From the NCBI GenBank assembly GCA_964016885.1, contig OZ024747.1, positions 31,062,001 to 31,126,000 on the forward strand: a DNA stretch of 64,000 nt, given 5' to 3'. The position numbers and the translations under genes were made by a program. The DNA is from Eledone cirrhosa (taxonomy: Eukaryota). Under the pieces are notes generated by a model, which saw only the letters and a list, made by a program, of their open reading frames with translations, was not told the DNA's origin and made no database searches. Positions 63,939 through 64,000 of this stretch are shown here, in pieces. The number at the start of each line of letters is the position of its first letter. Positions within the stretch are counted from its first letter, which is position 1.

Positions 63939-64000
63939 TGTTATGAAAATAAGAACACAATGGATGATGTACAAAATCAAGGGGTTGATGACTGGAATGT

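Overview
Eukaryotic, AT-rich, repeat-saturated DNA; I could not support any host protein-coding gene. The repeat repertoire resembles a cephalopod (octopus-like) genome, which is an inference. The window is dominated by at least three related families of RTE-clade non-LTR retrotransposons (APE endonuclease plus RT, (GAT)n tails). All copies are disrupted or truncated, and almost all sit in (TA)n microsatellites. Also present: R4/Dong-like RLE elements in (TAA)n, a decayed Penelope-like element (RT plus GIY-YIG), a bipartite non-autonomous RTE derivative, two tRNA-derived SINE families, Helitron-like and piggyBac-like non-autonomous elements, and many micro/minisatellites. Most notable: (1) a C4HC3 PHD-type zinc finger inserted inside the RT domain of all three RTE families; (2) apparent (TA)n targeting with tail-to-tail stacking; (3) a ~460-bp foldback carrying two minimal hammerhead-like motifs next to the Penelope element; (4) a 5.4-kb array where a ~20-nt motif plus (TA)n recurs 12 times between unrelated inserts; (5) one UTR module found at the 5' end of one RTE family and the 3' end of the others.
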